From Thermoflexus hugenholtzii JAD2 (GTDB taxonomy: Bacteria > Chloroflexota > Dehalococcoidia > UBA2979), in NCBI GenBank assembly GCA_945903275.1, contig CAMDNW010000001.1, forward strand, positions 128,303 to 192,302: a stretch of DNA of 64,000 nucleotides, given 5' to 3'. The translations under genes were made by a program, and so were the position numbers. A model generated the notes under the pieces. The model saw only the letters and a list, made by a program, of their open reading frames with translations. It had not been told where the DNA came from and did not search any database. Shown here piece by piece: positions 48,902-59,491 of this stretch (position 1 is the stretch's first letter; each line of letters starts with the position of its first letter).

Positions 48902-51252
48902 TCGAACGCACCCGCGTGCGTGCGCGTCAGGCACGCTCCGTCGCCCTCCGCGCCTCACGTGCGGCGCTCGTCGCCGCGTCCCGTCGCGCGCACCCAATCG
49001 AGGACGGCCGGATGCGCCTCGCTGGCCTCGGAGCACCCGTCGAGGTGATCCGCGACCGCTTCGGTGTGCCCCACATATATGCCGCCTCCGCGCGTGATGC
49101 GTTCTTCGGACAGGGCTTCGTCCACGCGCAGGATCGGCTCTTCCAGATGGACTCGATGCGCCGCGCAGGGCAGGGCCGCATCGCCGAGTGGGCCGGCGCT
49201 CCCGCCATCGAGGCCGACCGCTTCCTGCGACGTCTTGGCTTCGCGGACATCGCAGCCCGTGACCTCGCCGCCTGCGGCGACGCCGAGCGCGCGCTGTTGG
49301 GCGCGTACACCGCTGGCGTGAACGCGGCGATCGCGACGCTGCCCGCGCTCCCGCCGGAGTACGCCTTCGTGGACGGCGCACCCGAACCCTGGCTGTCGGA
49401 GCACACCATGCTCCTTGGCCGCTTCGTGCTCTTCGCCTTCGCGCCGAACTGGGACACCGAACTGTTGCGTGAGCGCCTGCTCCGCGCGCTCGGCCCAGAG
49501 CGCGCCGCGGCCCTCGAACCTGTGACGCCGCCCACAGCCCGCACCGCCACCGGCGCGCCGACCGGCACCGCCGAGCGCATCTTCGAGGCATACCGGGCCG
49601 CCGTCGGCCTAGGTATGCCCGGTGGTGGCGGCTCGAATGCGTGGGCTGTGACATCGGCGCACACCACCACCAGCGCGCCGCTGTTGGCGAGCGACCCGCA
49701 CCTTGAATCGCGGATGCCCGGCCTCCTCCACATGAGTCACATCGTCGGAGGTGAGTTTGATGTCATTGGCGCGGGCGTCGCCGGCATCCCGCTCGTCGCG
49801 ATGGGCCACAACCGTGATGTCGCATGGGGCATCACGGCCGGCATGGCCGATGTTGCCGACTGCTACATCGAAACCGTCGACCCGGCCGACCCCAAGCGCT
49901 ACCTCGCCCCGGACGGCTGGCACACTGGCCGCACCCGCATCGAGCGCATCGAGGTTCGCGATGCTCCTCCGGTGATCGAGCACGTCCTCGAAACGCGCCA
50001 CGGCCCGGTGATCGGCACTGTGCTTCCCGGCGAGACGCGCGCCATCGCGCTCCGATCCACCGCGCTCGAATCTGGCGACCCGCTCACGCCTGTGCTCGCG
50101 ATGGATCGTGCCCGTGGTATCGAAGAACTCGACGCTGCCATCGGCCGCCGCCCCGGTGCGACGTTCAGTTACGTGTTCGCCTCGCGCGACGGGCGCATCG
50201 GCTACCGCATGTCCGGTAACGTGCTCCGTCATCAGGCAGGCGAAGGGCTGCTCCCACGTGACGGCGCAACGGCCCCCGATCCGCTGCCGCCGTTCGCGGA
50301 GGACGAGCTGCCGCACCGCCTCGACCCGCCGGACGGTGTGCTGGTGACATCAAACAATGCTCCCGGCTGGCCCACTGAACTCGGCGAAGACTGGTGCGAG
50401 AGCGCTCGCGCCGAGCGCATCGCGGAACTCATCGCGGCGCGCCCTACGCATGACATCGGCTCGTTCGCGGCGATCCAGCAAGACCGCCGCTCCGCCCTGT
50501 TGCTCCGCGTCCGCGTGCTACTCGATGGTGTCGCCGCGCTCGACGGCGCGCCGCGTGCTCACATCTCCGCCTGGGATGGCTCCGTCGAGGTGAACAGCGC
50601 CGCACCCGCCATCCTCGAATCAGTAGTCCGCGAGGCAGGCCGCATCCTCGCCCAGCGCGCCGCCGGTGCCGAGGCGTCCGTTCTGCTCGGCTCGGGTGTC
50701 GGCGCGGCAACCGCCGCGTCATCGTTCGGCTATCGCGCGCAGGGCTGGATCGTCCGCGCACTCGAGGCCGCCGCCCCGCCGTACTGTCAGGACGCCGCCG
50801 ATCGCGATCGCGTTCTCCGCACCGCTTCGCAACGCGCCATCGAGGCGCTCCGTACCCGCCTCGGCCCTGACCCCGCCCGCTGGCGCTGGGGCGACCTGCA
50901 CCACTGGCGGCTTCCGCACGCACTCGATGCTGTCTTCGGCCTTGGGAAGTGGTTCTCGCGCGGCCCATACCCGTTCCCCGGTGACGTGAACACCGTGCTG
51001 CAAGGTGGCATGACGCTCGCCCGCGACACTGACACGGTCGGCATCCTTCCCGGCTACCGCCAGATCATCGACCTCGCCGATTTCGACCGCTCTGTGTTCA
51101 TCCTCTCGACCGGCAACTCCGGCATCCCCGGCCACCCTCGCTATGGCGACTGCATCGAGGAGTTCCGCGAGGGCCAGTACCGCCCGCTGCTCTACACCCG
51201 TGCGGTGGTTCAGGCGCACACCGAGCACACGCTGACGTTGGAGCCTGCATGA
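48898..51252 (+). CDS. Penicillin acylase family (Ntn hydrolase) protein
   Basis: RDRFGVPHIYA, HAQDRLFQMD, GSNAWAV, LLASDPHL, TGNSGIP..P.Y.D. Confidence 0.93.
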   Translation: MIERTRVRARQARSVALRASRAALVAASRRAHPIEDGRMRLAGLGAPVEVIRDRFGVPHIYAASARDAFFGQGFVHAQDRLFQMDSMRRAGQGRIAEWAGAPAIEADRFLRRLGFADIAARDLAACGDAERALLGAYTAGVNAAIATLPALPPEYAFVDGAPEPWLSEHTMLLGRFVLFAFAPNWDTELLRERLLRALGPERAAALEPVTPPTARTATGAPTGTAERIFEAYRAAVGLGMPGGGGSNAWAVTSAHTTTSAPLLASDPHLESRMPGLLHMSHIVGGEFDVIGAGVAGIPLVAMGHNRDVAWGITAGMADVADCYIETVDPADPKRYLAPDGWHTGRTRIERIEVRDAPPVIEHVLETRHGPVIGTVLPGETRAIALRSTALESGDPLTPVLAMDRARGIEELDAAIGRRPGATFSYVFASRDGRIGYRMSGNVLRHQAGEGLLPRDGATAPDPLPPFAEDELPHRLDPPDGVLVTSNNAPGWPTELGEDWCESARAERIAELIAARPTHDIGSFAAIQQDRRSALLLRVRVLLDGVAALDGAPRAHISAWDGSVEVNSAAPAILESVVREAGRILAQRAAGAEASVLLGSGVGAATAASSFGYRAQGWIVRALEAAAPPYCQDAADRDRVLRTASQRAIEALRTRLGPDPARWRWGDLHHWRLPHALDAVFGLGKWFSRGPYPFPGDVNTVLQGGMTLARDTDTVGILPGYRQIIDLADFDRSVFILSTGNSGIPGHPRYGDCIEEFREGQYRPLLYTRAVVQAHTEHTLTLEPA

Positions 51253-52265
51253 CCGAGCCGGTCGCCGACCGCATCGTCCGCTACCGGCCCCTCGTCATCG
51301 AGGAGTTGCGCGCCGTCGTCGGCAACGATCCCGCAGGCCTGTTCGCGTGGATGCGCTACCACCTCGGCTGGGAACACGCCGATGGCAGCCCCGCTGCCGA
51401 GTCGCCTGGTAAAATGCTGCGCTGCACCGCCGTGCTGCTCGCCGCCGAACTCGTCGGCGGCACTGCCGCATCAGCCGTACCCGCCGCCGCCGCTGTCGAC
51501 CTCGTCCACAATTTCTCGCTGCTGCACGACGACATCGAGGACAATAGCGAGACACGCCGCGGCCGCCCCACCGTCTGGACGTCCGCAGGCGTCCCACAGG
51601 CCATCAACACCGGCGACGGCATGTTCACCCTCGCCCGCCTCGCGATGCACCGCCTTCCCGCCGCAGGCCTCGATCCCGCCCGTGTCATCGAGGCGATGCG
51701 CGAACTCGACGATGCTTGCCTCCGTCTCGTCGAGGGCCAGTACCTCGATATGGCCTTCGAGACGCGCGCAGATGTGAGCCTCGACGAGTACGTCACCATG
51801 ATTTCCGGCAAGACCGCCGCCATGTTCGCCGCACCCTTCGCTATCGGCGCGCTGCTCGGTGGTGCCACCCCCGAAGTCGTAGCGGCCTTTCGCACCTTTG
51901 GCCGCTACGTTGGCCTCGCCTTTCAGGCGCTCGACGATCTCCTCGACTGCTGGGGCACACGCGAGGCGCTCGGCAAGGACCCCGGCGGTGACCTGCTCGC
52001 ACGCAAGAAGACGTACCCCGTCATCGCCGCCTGTGCCGCTTCTGAAGCGTTCACCCGCGCCTATGCGGTCCCTACCGCTTTCGGCGAGGACTACCGCACC
52101 CTTGCCGCGCTGGCCGAGTCAGCCGGTGGCCGCGCCGCGACCGAGGCGTGGGTGGACGGCCAACTGGCGGCAGCCCACGCGGCACTGGCCGGGGCGGGAC
52201 TTGATGCGGAAGCAGTCGCGTTGATGGACGAGTACCTGCGTACAGCGGCGGGCCGTCCCCGGTAG
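51249..52265 (+). CDS. Polyprenyl diphosphate synthase
   Basis: HNFSLLHDDIED..RRGRPT, GQYLD, KTA, FQALDDLLD. Confidence 0.93.
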   Translation: MTEPVADRIVRYRPLVIEELRAVVGNDPAGLFAWMRYHLGWEHADGSPAAESPGKMLRCTAVLLAAELVGGTAASAVPAAAAVDLVHNFSLLHDDIEDNSETRRGRPTVWTSAGVPQAINTGDGMFTLARLAMHRLPAAGLDPARVIEAMRELDDACLRLVEGQYLDMAFETRADVSLDEYVTMISGKTAAMFAAPFAIGALLGGATPEVVAAFRTFGRYVGLAFQALDDLLDCWGTREALGKDPGGDLLARKKTYPVIAACAASEAFTRAYAVPTAFGEDYRTLAALAESAGGRAATEAWVDGQLAAAHAALAGAGLDAEAVALMDEYLRTAAGRPR

Positions 52266-52344
52266 GGATATAGGTCACGCATCTGGTTGTGGTAGCGTGC
52301 CCTTCGCAGAATCTGCACGCAGCACCATCCGCGGGGGATGCTTG

Positions 52345-53526
52345 GTGAAGAAGAAGACGATTCGCGATGTCGACGTCCAGAGCAAGCGTGTCTTGCTCCG
52401 GGTCGACTACAACGTACAGGTGGATAACGGCCGCGTCGTCGATGACATGCGGCTCGTCGAGTCACTCCCGACAATCCGCGCGCTCCGCGATGCTGGCGCT
52501 TGCATCATCCTCTGCTCGCATCAGGGCCGCCCGAAGGGCGTCGACCACTCGCTGAGTAACGCGCCTATCGCGCGGCACCTCACGCAACTGCTCGGCATCC
52601 CGATCAAGATGACTGTCGACTGCATCGGCCCCGAGGCCGAAGCCGCATCATGCGCACTCAACCCCGGCGAGATTCTGATGCTGGAAAACATCCGCTTCCA
52701 CGCGGAAGAAGAAGAGAACGACGACGAGTTCTCCCTAGCACTCTCCCGCCTCGGTGACATCTATGTGAACGACGCCTTCGGCACTGCGCACCGCGCGCAC
52801 GCCTCGATTGTCGGTGTCACCAAGTACCTTCCTGCCTACGCTGGTTTGCTCCTCGAACGTGAGATCGACTACCTCTCCCGCGTCACCGATGATCCCGAGC
52901 GTCCCTTCGGGATCATCCTTGGCGGCTCCAAAGTTTCCGACAAGATCGGCATTCTTGAGCACCTTGTCGGCAAGGCCGATGTCATCTGCATCGGCGGCGC
53001 CATCGCCAACACATTCCTGAAAGCGCGCGGTATCGATGTCGCCGACTCGCTCGTGGAGAACGATGGTCTCGCTGGCGCGCGCTACATCATGGCGCTCGCC
53101 GAGCACACCGGTGGCATCGAGATCGTCTTGCCCTCCGATGTGGTCGTCGCCTTCGGCAACGCCGAGGAAGGCCACGTCCGCACGGTCTCCGTCGCGCAGG
53201 TGCCGGTGAACTGGCGCATCCTCGATGTTGGCGCGGGCACAGTGCAGTCGTTCGCGACTGCACTCCAGCCGGTGAAGACCGTGGTCTGGAACGGCCCAGT
53301 CGGCCTGTTCGAGCGCCAGCCGTTCGACCGCGGCTCGCTCGCGGTCGCTCGTATCCTCTCGGAACTCCGCGCCACCACTGTCGTCGGCGGTGGTGAGACC
53401 GCTGCGGTGGTAAACCGCGCTGGCCTCGCCAGCCGCATCTCACACATCTCCACCGGGGGCGGCGCGTCGCTCCAGATGCTCCAAGGAAAATCACTTCCTG
53501 CAGTCGACGTGCTGCTCGATGCCTAG
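52345..53526 (+). CDS. pgk: Phosphoglycerate kinase
   Basis: RVDYNV, SHQGRP, NDAFGTAHRAHAS, GGSKVSDKI, HISTGGGASL. Confidence 0.97.
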   Translation: MKKKTIRDVDVQSKRVLLRVDYNVQVDNGRVVDDMRLVESLPTIRALRDAGACIILCSHQGRPKGVDHSLSNAPIARHLTQLLGIPIKMTVDCIGPEAEAASCALNPGEILMLENIRFHAEEEENDDEFSLALSRLGDIYVNDAFGTAHRAHASIVGVTKYLPAYAGLLLEREIDYLSRVTDDPERPFGIILGGSKVSDKIGILEHLVGKADVICIGGAIANTFLKARGIDVADSLVENDGLAGARYIMALAEHTGGIEIVLPSDVVVAFGNAEEGHVRTVSVAQVPVNWRILDVGAGTVQSFATALQPVKTVVWNGPVGLFERQPFDRGSLAVARILSELRATTVVGGGETAAVVNRAGLASRISHISTGGGASLQMLQGKSLPAVDVLLDA

Positions 53527-53546
53527 CCTGCGAGGAATACCGTTGC

Positions 53547-54749
53547 ATGGATATTGAACTCATCCGCCGCCTGTCCACGCCCGCCGATACCAAGGTGGTG
53601 CTCTGCGTGATGGACGGTCTCGGCGGCATGCCCGGCCCCCGAGGCCGCACGGAACTCGAGGAAGCCACGCCCCGCCACCTCGACCGCCTCGCTGCGGAAG
53701 GTACAGTCGGGATGACCATACCGGTCGGCTACGGCATCACCACCGGCTCCGGCCCCGGCCACCTCGCGCTCTTCGGTTACGACCCGCTTCAATTCGAGAT
53801 CGGCCGTGGTGCGTTGGAGGCGACTGGCATCGACTTCGCCCTCGGCCCGGATGACCTCGCCGCACGCGGCAACCTCTGCACCGTCGATGCCGCAGGCATC
53901 ATCACCGACCGCCGCGCCGGCCGCGTCGACACCGAGACGACCGCCGAGATATGCGGCCTGCTCGAACGCGAGATACACCTCCCCGGCGTCGAACTCTTCG
54001 TAAAGCCGGTGCGCGAGCACCGTTTCGCGCTCATTCTGCGCGGCCCCGGCTTGCACTCCGGACTGAACGAGACCGACCCACAGCGCGAAGGCGTCGCGCC
54101 ACTCGGCGTCGTGGCGCTCGACCCTGCCGCTGAGCCGACCGCCGTCCTCGTCCGCCAGTTCGTCACTGAGGCGCGCCGATTGCTGATGGATCGCACGCAG
54201 GCCAACGCGCTCACGCTGCGTGGCTGGGATCACCGGCCCAACATGCCGCAGATGCCGGAACTCTGGAAACTGCGCGCCGCTGCCGTTGCCGTCTATCCGA
54301 TGTATCGGGGTCTCTCGCGACTCGTCGGCATGGACGTGCTCGACTGTGGCACAAACATCGAGTCGCAGGTCGAGACCATCAAGCAGCACTGGCACGACTA
54401 CGACTTCTTCTTCCTGCACTTCAAATACACGGACAGCGCTGGTGAGGATGGTGACTTTGCCCGCAAGACGCAGATGATTCGTGACTTCGACGCGCACATC
54501 CCATCGCTGCTCGCGCTCAAGCCGAACGTCCTCGTGGTCGCTGGCGACCACTCCACGCCGGCGGTGATGGCCGATCACTCGTGGCATCCAGTGCCCGTGT
54601 TGATCTCCGGTGACCACGTTCGTACTGACGCCGCCCACCGCTTCAACGAGCCCGAGTGCATCGTCGGTGGCCTCGGTACCTTCCCTGCCAAGGAACTGCT
54701 GCCGATCGCGTTCGCGCACGCACGGCGGCTCTCCAGATTCGGAGCGTAG
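53547..54749 (+). CDS. apgM: 2,3-bisphosphoglycerate-independent phosphoglycerate mutase, archaeal type
   Basis: MDGLG, GSGPGHLALFGYDP, DRRAGR, GDHSTP, HSWHPVP. Confidence 0.93.
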   Translation: MDIELIRRLSTPADTKVVLCVMDGLGGMPGPRGRTELEEATPRHLDRLAAEGTVGMTIPVGYGITTGSGPGHLALFGYDPLQFEIGRGALEATGIDFALGPDDLAARGNLCTVDAAGIITDRRAGRVDTETTAEICGLLEREIHLPGVELFVKPVREHRFALILRGPGLHSGLNETDPQREGVAPLGVVALDPAAEPTAVLVRQFVTEARRLLMDRTQANALTLRGWDHRPNMPQMPELWKLRAAAVAVYPMYRGLSRLVGMDVLDCGTNIESQVETIKQHWHDYDFFFLHFKYTDSAGEDGDFARKTQMIRDFDAHIPSLLALKPNVLVVAGDHSTPAVMADHSWHPVPVLISGDHVRTDAAHRFNEPECIVGGLGTFPAKELLPIAFAHARRLSRFGA

Positions 54750-54751
54750 TT

Positions 54752-55516
54752 ATGGCCCGCACACCCATCATCGGTGGCAACTGGAAACTGAACCTCGGCC
54801 GCACCCCCGCGCGCGACCTGCTCACCGCCCTCCGCGCCTCCCTCGACGGCATCGCGGGCGTCGAGGTGGTCGTCTGCCCGCCCGCCCCGTGGCTTGGCGA
54901 TGCCGCCGACATCCTTCGCGGCAGTTCCATTGGCGTCGGTGCACAGAACGTCTACTGGCAGCCGCAGGGCGCGTTCACCGGCGAGGTGAGCGCGGCGCTG
55001 CTTGCCGGCGTTGTGGACTACGTGATCGTCGGGCACTCCGAGCGCCGCCACGTCTTCCACGAGACTGCCGAGGAGACCAACAAGAAACTCCAGACCGTAC
55101 TCGGTCTTGGCATGCAGCCGTTCTTCGCTGTCGGCGAACTGCGCGAGGAGCGCGAGTCCGGCCGCACCAACGATGTGCTGAAGCGCCAGTTGCTCGTCGG
55201 CTTCACCGACATCGAACCGCTGCCCGAGGGCTTCGTCGTTGCTTACGAGCCGGTCTGGGCTATTGGCACCGGCCTCACCGCGACACCGGAGATCGCGCAG
55301 CAGACCTGCGCCGATATCCGCGCCATTGTCGCCGGACGCTACGGCGAAGCGACCGCCGAGGCGTGCCGCATCCAGTACGGCGGCTCCGCCAATGCGGAGA
55401 ACGCAGGCAACCTGATGAGTCAGCCCGATATCGACGGCCTACTTGTCGGCGGCGCGGCGCTCCAGGCTGAGTCGTTCACCGCGATCTGCAAGGCGGCGGC
55501 CGCCGCGACGGTCTAG
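54752..55516 (+). CDS. tpiA: Triosephosphate isomerase
   Basis: GNWK, GHSERR, AYEPVWAIGTG, YGGS, LVGGA. Confidence 0.97.
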   Translation: MARTPIIGGNWKLNLGRTPARDLLTALRASLDGIAGVEVVVCPPAPWLGDAADILRGSSIGVGAQNVYWQPQGAFTGEVSAALLAGVVDYVIVGHSERRHVFHETAEETNKKLQTVLGLGMQPFFAVGELREERESGRTNDVLKRQLLVGFTDIEPLPEGFVVAYEPVWAIGTGLTATPEIAQQTCADIRAIVAGRYGEATAEACRIQYGGSANAENAGNLMSQPDIDGLLVGGAALQAESFTAICKAAAAATV

Positions 55517-55526
55517 CCGCCCGCCC

Positions 55527-56426
55527 ATGCCCGATCGCTGCCTCATCGCCATCGTCGGCGCCACCGCGTCCGGCAAGACAGCCGTCGCCATCGAGGCCGC
55601 CCGCCGTCTTCCGGTCGAGGTCATCTCCGCCGATTCGCGTCAGCTGCGTGCCGGGATGTGCATCGGTACCGCGGCCCCTACTGCCGAGGAACTCGCTGCC
55701 GTCCCCCATCATCTCATCGGCCACGTCCCATCTGACGCGCCCTATTCGCTCGCTGACTTTCTTCGCGAGGCCCGCGCTGCGCTCGATGACATCTGGTCGC
55801 GTGGCAAGCAACCGCTACTCGTCGGCGGCACCGGCCAGTACGTCTGGGCGCTCCTTGAAGGCTGGCAGCCCCCCGCCGTCGAACCCAACCCCACCCTCCG
55901 AGCCGAACTGGAGACCCAGACCGTCGAGGCGCTCCACGCCCGGCTCAACGTGCTGGATGCCGCCGCTACCGCCCGGGTCGACGCCCGCAACCCGCGCCGC
56001 CTCATCCGCGCCATCGAGGTTGCCCTGTCTGGTGCCCTGCGGGCCGAGGCTGTCCCGCCTGACTTCACCTCGCGCGTCATTGGCCTTCACTGGCCTCGTG
56101 AGGTCATCCACGCCCGTGCTGATGCCCGCACCGAGGCCATGTACGCCACCGGACTCGTCGAGGAGACCCGCGACCTCCTCACTCAGTACTCGTCCGGTCT
56201 GCCAGCCCTCCGCACCATCGGCTACGCCGAGGCCGCCCGCGTTGTTTCCGGCGAGTGGGATGTCCCCACAGCCATCGCGCGTACGAAGATCGCCACCCAT
56301 CGCCTGATCCGGATGCAGGCTGCTTGGTTCCGCGCCGATGACCCACGTATCGACTGGCTATCGGGCGCTGGCATCGAGGCTGCGGCTCTAGCGGTTGAGG
56401 CTGCGAGCGGCGCGCGGGTAGGATGA
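55527..56426 (+). CDS. miaA: tRNA dimethylallyltransferase
   Basis: GATASGKT, ISADSRQ, VPHHLI, VGGTGQY, RRLIRAIEV. Confidence 0.95.
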   Translation: MPDRCLIAIVGATASGKTAVAIEAARRLPVEVISADSRQLRAGMCIGTAAPTAEELAAVPHHLIGHVPSDAPYSLADFLREARAALDDIWSRGKQPLLVGGTGQYVWALLEGWQPPAVEPNPTLRAELETQTVEALHARLNVLDAAATARVDARNPRRLIRAIEVALSGALRAEAVPPDFTSRVIGLHWPREVIHARADARTEAMYATGLVEETRDLLTQYSSGLPALRTIGYAEAARVVSGEWDVPTAIARTKIATHRLIRMQAAWFRADDPRIDWLSGAGIEAAALAVEAASGARVG

Positions 56427-56433
56427 TTCAACG

Positions 56434-57294
56434 ATGACAGCCATGCCCTTCTGGAAAATGCACGGCACCGGGAACGACTTTGTCCTCATGGAGTCGGACA
56501 AACTCGACGCCGACTGGCCCGGTCTCGCCCATCGCATCTGCGATCGCCACTTCGGCGTCGGTGCTGACGGGCTGATCGTGGCCTTCCCTTCTGCGGTCGC
56601 CGACCGCCGTATGCGCATCTTCAACCCCGATGGCTCCGAGCCCGAGATGTGCGGCAACGGCATCCGCTGCTTCGTGAAGTATCTGCTCGACCGCGGCTCC
56701 GCTCAGGCGCGTGACGGCGTGCTCCGCATCCAGACCGAGGCGGGCGTCCTTGAGGCGCGTGCCACCCGTGACGCGGCGGGCCTCGTCCAGACCGTCCGTG
56801 TGGCGATGGGCGCGCCGCGCCTCCGCCCGCAGGACATCGGCGCGCTCGTCGAGATGCCCGCGCCCGTGCGCGACCTCCCGCTCATCGCCGCCGATGAGCC
56901 GCTGGCGCTCACTCTCGTTTCGATAGGCAACCCGCACGCTGTGCACTTCCTCGGCGCATCGCCTGATGGCTTCGATCTCGAACGTATCGGCCCTGCCGTC
57001 GAGCACGACCCGCTCTTCGTGCATCGCACGAATTTCGAGGTTGTCCAGGTGCGTGACCGCGCCCACATGGACATGCGGGTGTGGGAGCGCGGCGCAGGCC
57101 TCACGCTCTCCTGCGGCACCGGCGCCTGCGCCGCCGTCGTTGCCGCCCGGCTGCACGATCGCGTTGATGACGAAGTAGAAGTGCGGCTGCCCGGCGGCTC
57201 ATTGCGTATCACCTGGGACGGCGCGGGCGAGGTCTACCTCGAAGGCCCGGCCGCGCGAGTCTTCGAATCAGTATGGGAGGACGGACAGCCATGA
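56434..57294 (+). CDS. dapF: Diaminopimelate epimerase
   Basis: KMHGTGNDF, EMCGNGIRC, GNPH, ERGAGLTLSCGTG. Confidence 0.97.
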   Translation: MTAMPFWKMHGTGNDFVLMESDKLDADWPGLAHRICDRHFGVGADGLIVAFPSAVADRRMRIFNPDGSEPEMCGNGIRCFVKYLLDRGSAQARDGVLRIQTEAGVLEARATRDAAGLVQTVRVAMGAPRLRPQDIGALVEMPAPVRDLPLIAADEPLALTLVSIGNPHAVHFLGASPDGFDLERIGPAVEHDPLFVHRTNFEVVQVRDRAHMDMRVWERGAGLTLSCGTGACAAVVAARLHDRVDDEVEVRLPGGSLRITWDGAGEVYLEGPAARVFESVWEDGQP

Positions 57295-58175
57295 CGACGG
57301 AACGCCGCCAGATGCAGCAGTTCGATATCGCCGTGCGCAACGCGCCTATTCGTCCGCGCGAATGGGAACGCCTGCTCGGCCAGCCTGACACCGAGGCGCT
57401 CCAGACCGCCGGTGCGGAGATGGCCCTTGTCATGCAGCAGGGCCAGTTGCACCTCATGTTCGCCTTCGAGTCGAAGGAGGTGCTCACCACCGCCTTCAAC
57501 CCGATGTGGAACGCACTCCAAAAGCGTCTGCAGCAGTTCAACGTCCCCTATGTGAAACTCGACCTCGTCGCCTTCACGGTGCGCGAGTGGCTCGACCCCA
57601 TGCTGGAGATGCACGGTTTCCTCTCCACCCCCGAATGGATGGACCTCGAACACCGCGCCCTCGTAGAGGTCACGCCACCCGAGGTACCCGCTGGCCTCTC
57701 CATCCGCCGCGCCACCGCCGATGACCATGACCGCATTGTCGCCATTGAGGCTGACTCCTACGGCGCCGCCGCCGACGGCGCCGAGGCGACTCGCGTTCGC
57801 CTCGCGGACGCCGCCTGGGCTGGCGTGCTTGTCGAGGAGGGCGCGGTCATTGGCTACGCCATCAACACCGCACCAGATGCCGGCATCGGCCGCGTGCTCT
57901 CCTGCGCCATCGCCAACGAGGCGTGGGGCCGCGGCTTGGGCAAGGTGATGCTCGGCGCGGCCACCTATCAGCTCGCCTCAGTGGAGGCCCGTCAGGCCAT
58001 CGTGCGCGGCCGTCCGGATGTGCCGCGCTCGTTGCCCACCGCGGTCGCCGTCGGCTACCGCCCCGGCCGCTCCGGCTTCGAACTGCGCCGCACCACCGAC
58101 GAGAAGGCGCTTGCCGACCGCATCAAGCAGCGCCAGGTGGACGGCGTGAAGGTCCGTTTCGGCCGCTGGCACTAG
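57291..58175 (+). CDS. GNAT-family N-acetyltransferase
   Basis: C-terminal GNAT (IRRAT..D, WGRGLGKVML); overlaps the dapF stop. Confidence 0.75.
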   Translation: MTTERRQMQQFDIAVRNAPIRPREWERLLGQPDTEALQTAGAEMALVMQQGQLHLMFAFESKEVLTTAFNPMWNALQKRLQQFNVPYVKLDLVAFTVREWLDPMLEMHGFLSTPEWMDLEHRALVEVTPPEVPAGLSIRRATADDHDRIVAIEADSYGAAADGAEATRVRLADAAWAGVLVEEGAVIGYAINTAPDAGIGRVLSCAIANEAWGRGLGKVMLGAATYQLASVEARQAIVRGRPDVPRSLPTAVAVGYRPGRSGFELRRTTDEKALADRIKQRQVDGVKVRFGRWH

Positions 58176-58233
58176 CCGCCGCGATCCTCGACACTCTCGC
58201 TTCGAGACTGTGTATCGCAGCGTGGAGGCCCGG

Positions 58234-59418
58234 ATGAAACTCGCGCGTCGTGTCGAGCAACTGCCGCCGTATCTGTTTGCGCGCATCTCTGAACTGATCG
58301 CCGCCAAACGCGCCGAAGGTGTCGACGTAATCTCGTTCGGCATCGGCGACCCGGATATCCCTACCCCCGGTTACATCCTCGATAGCCTCAAGCAGGCATC
58401 CGATGTCGCTGCGAATCACCGCTACCCGGAAACCGAAGGCCTCCCCGAGTTCCGCGAGGCCGTCGCGCGCTGGTATCAACGCCGTCACGGTGTCACCCTC
58501 GACCCCGCCCGCGAGGTCGTCTCGCTCATCGGCTCCAAGGAAGGCATCGGCCACTTCCCGCTGGTGCTCATCGATCCCGGTGATGTAGCCCTGATGACCG
58601 ACCCCGGCTACCCCGTCTACGAGATCGGCACCATGTTCTGCGGCGGTGAGGCGGTCAAAGTCCCGCTCACCGAGGAAGATGGCTGGCTTCCGCGTCTCGA
58701 TGACATCCCCGCCGACCTCGCGGATCGCGCGAAACTGATCTGGCTCAACTACCCCAATAACCCCACAGGCGCCGTCACCGACCTCGCCTTCTTCGAGCGC
58801 GCCGTCGCCTGGGCCAAGCGCCACGATGTGATCATCGCCCACGACCTCGCCTACTCGGAGGTCACGTTCGACGGCTACGTCGCCCCCTCCATCCTCGAGG
58901 TTGATGGCGCGCGCGATGTCGCCATCGAGTTCAACTCGCTCTCCAAGTCGTTCAATATGACCGGCTGGCGCATCGGTATGGCCGTCGGCAATGCCACGCT
59001 CATCGATGCCCTCCGCCGTGTGAAGTCCAACCTCGACAGCGGCGTGCCGCAGGCCGTGCAGCAGATGGCCATTACCGCTCTCGACGGCCCCCCCGCGGCT
59101 ATCGAGGCCCACAACGACATCTACCGCGCCCGCCGCGACCGTGTGATCGAGGTGCTCCACGCCCTCGGCCTCCGCGTTGACCCGCCCAAGGCCTCGCTCT
59201 ACGTCTGGGCGCGGCTCCCCGGGGGCGAGTCGTCATCGGCGGCCTACGCCGCACGGCTCATCGATGCCACGGGCGTCGTCGTGACCCCGGGCATCTCCTA
59301 CGGCCCGGCCGGTGAGGGCTACATCCGCCTCTCGCTAACCCTCCCCGACGCCCGTGTCGAGGAGGGTTTGCGCCGCCTCAGCGCCTTCGCCCGCGGCGAG
59401 ACGGTACTCAACCGCTAG
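58234..59418 (+). CDS. dapL: LL-diaminopimelate aminotransferase (class I/II)
   Basis: LPPYLFA, GSKEGIGH, NYPNNPTG, SLSKSFNMTGWRIG; next to dapF. Confidence 0.85.
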   Translation: MKLARRVEQLPPYLFARISELIAAKRAEGVDVISFGIGDPDIPTPGYILDSLKQASDVAANHRYPETEGLPEFREAVARWYQRRHGVTLDPAREVVSLIGSKEGIGHFPLVLIDPGDVALMTDPGYPVYEIGTMFCGGEAVKVPLTEEDGWLPRLDDIPADLADRAKLIWLNYPNNPTGAVTDLAFFERAVAWAKRHDVIIAHDLAYSEVTFDGYVAPSILEVDGARDVAIEFNSLSKSFNMTGWRIGMAVGNATLIDALRRVKSNLDSGVPQAVQQMAITALDGPPAAIEAHNDIYRARRDRVIEVLHALGLRVDPPKASLYVWARLPGGESSSAAYAARLIDATGVVVTPGISYGPAGEGYIRLSLTLPDARVEEGLRRLSAFARGETVLNR

Positions 59419-59491
59419 CCGCACGCGCACGGCCCGTGATGCGTTAGGATCGAGGTGCAGGCGCGCAGACTGCCCTGTACAGGAGGCATGC

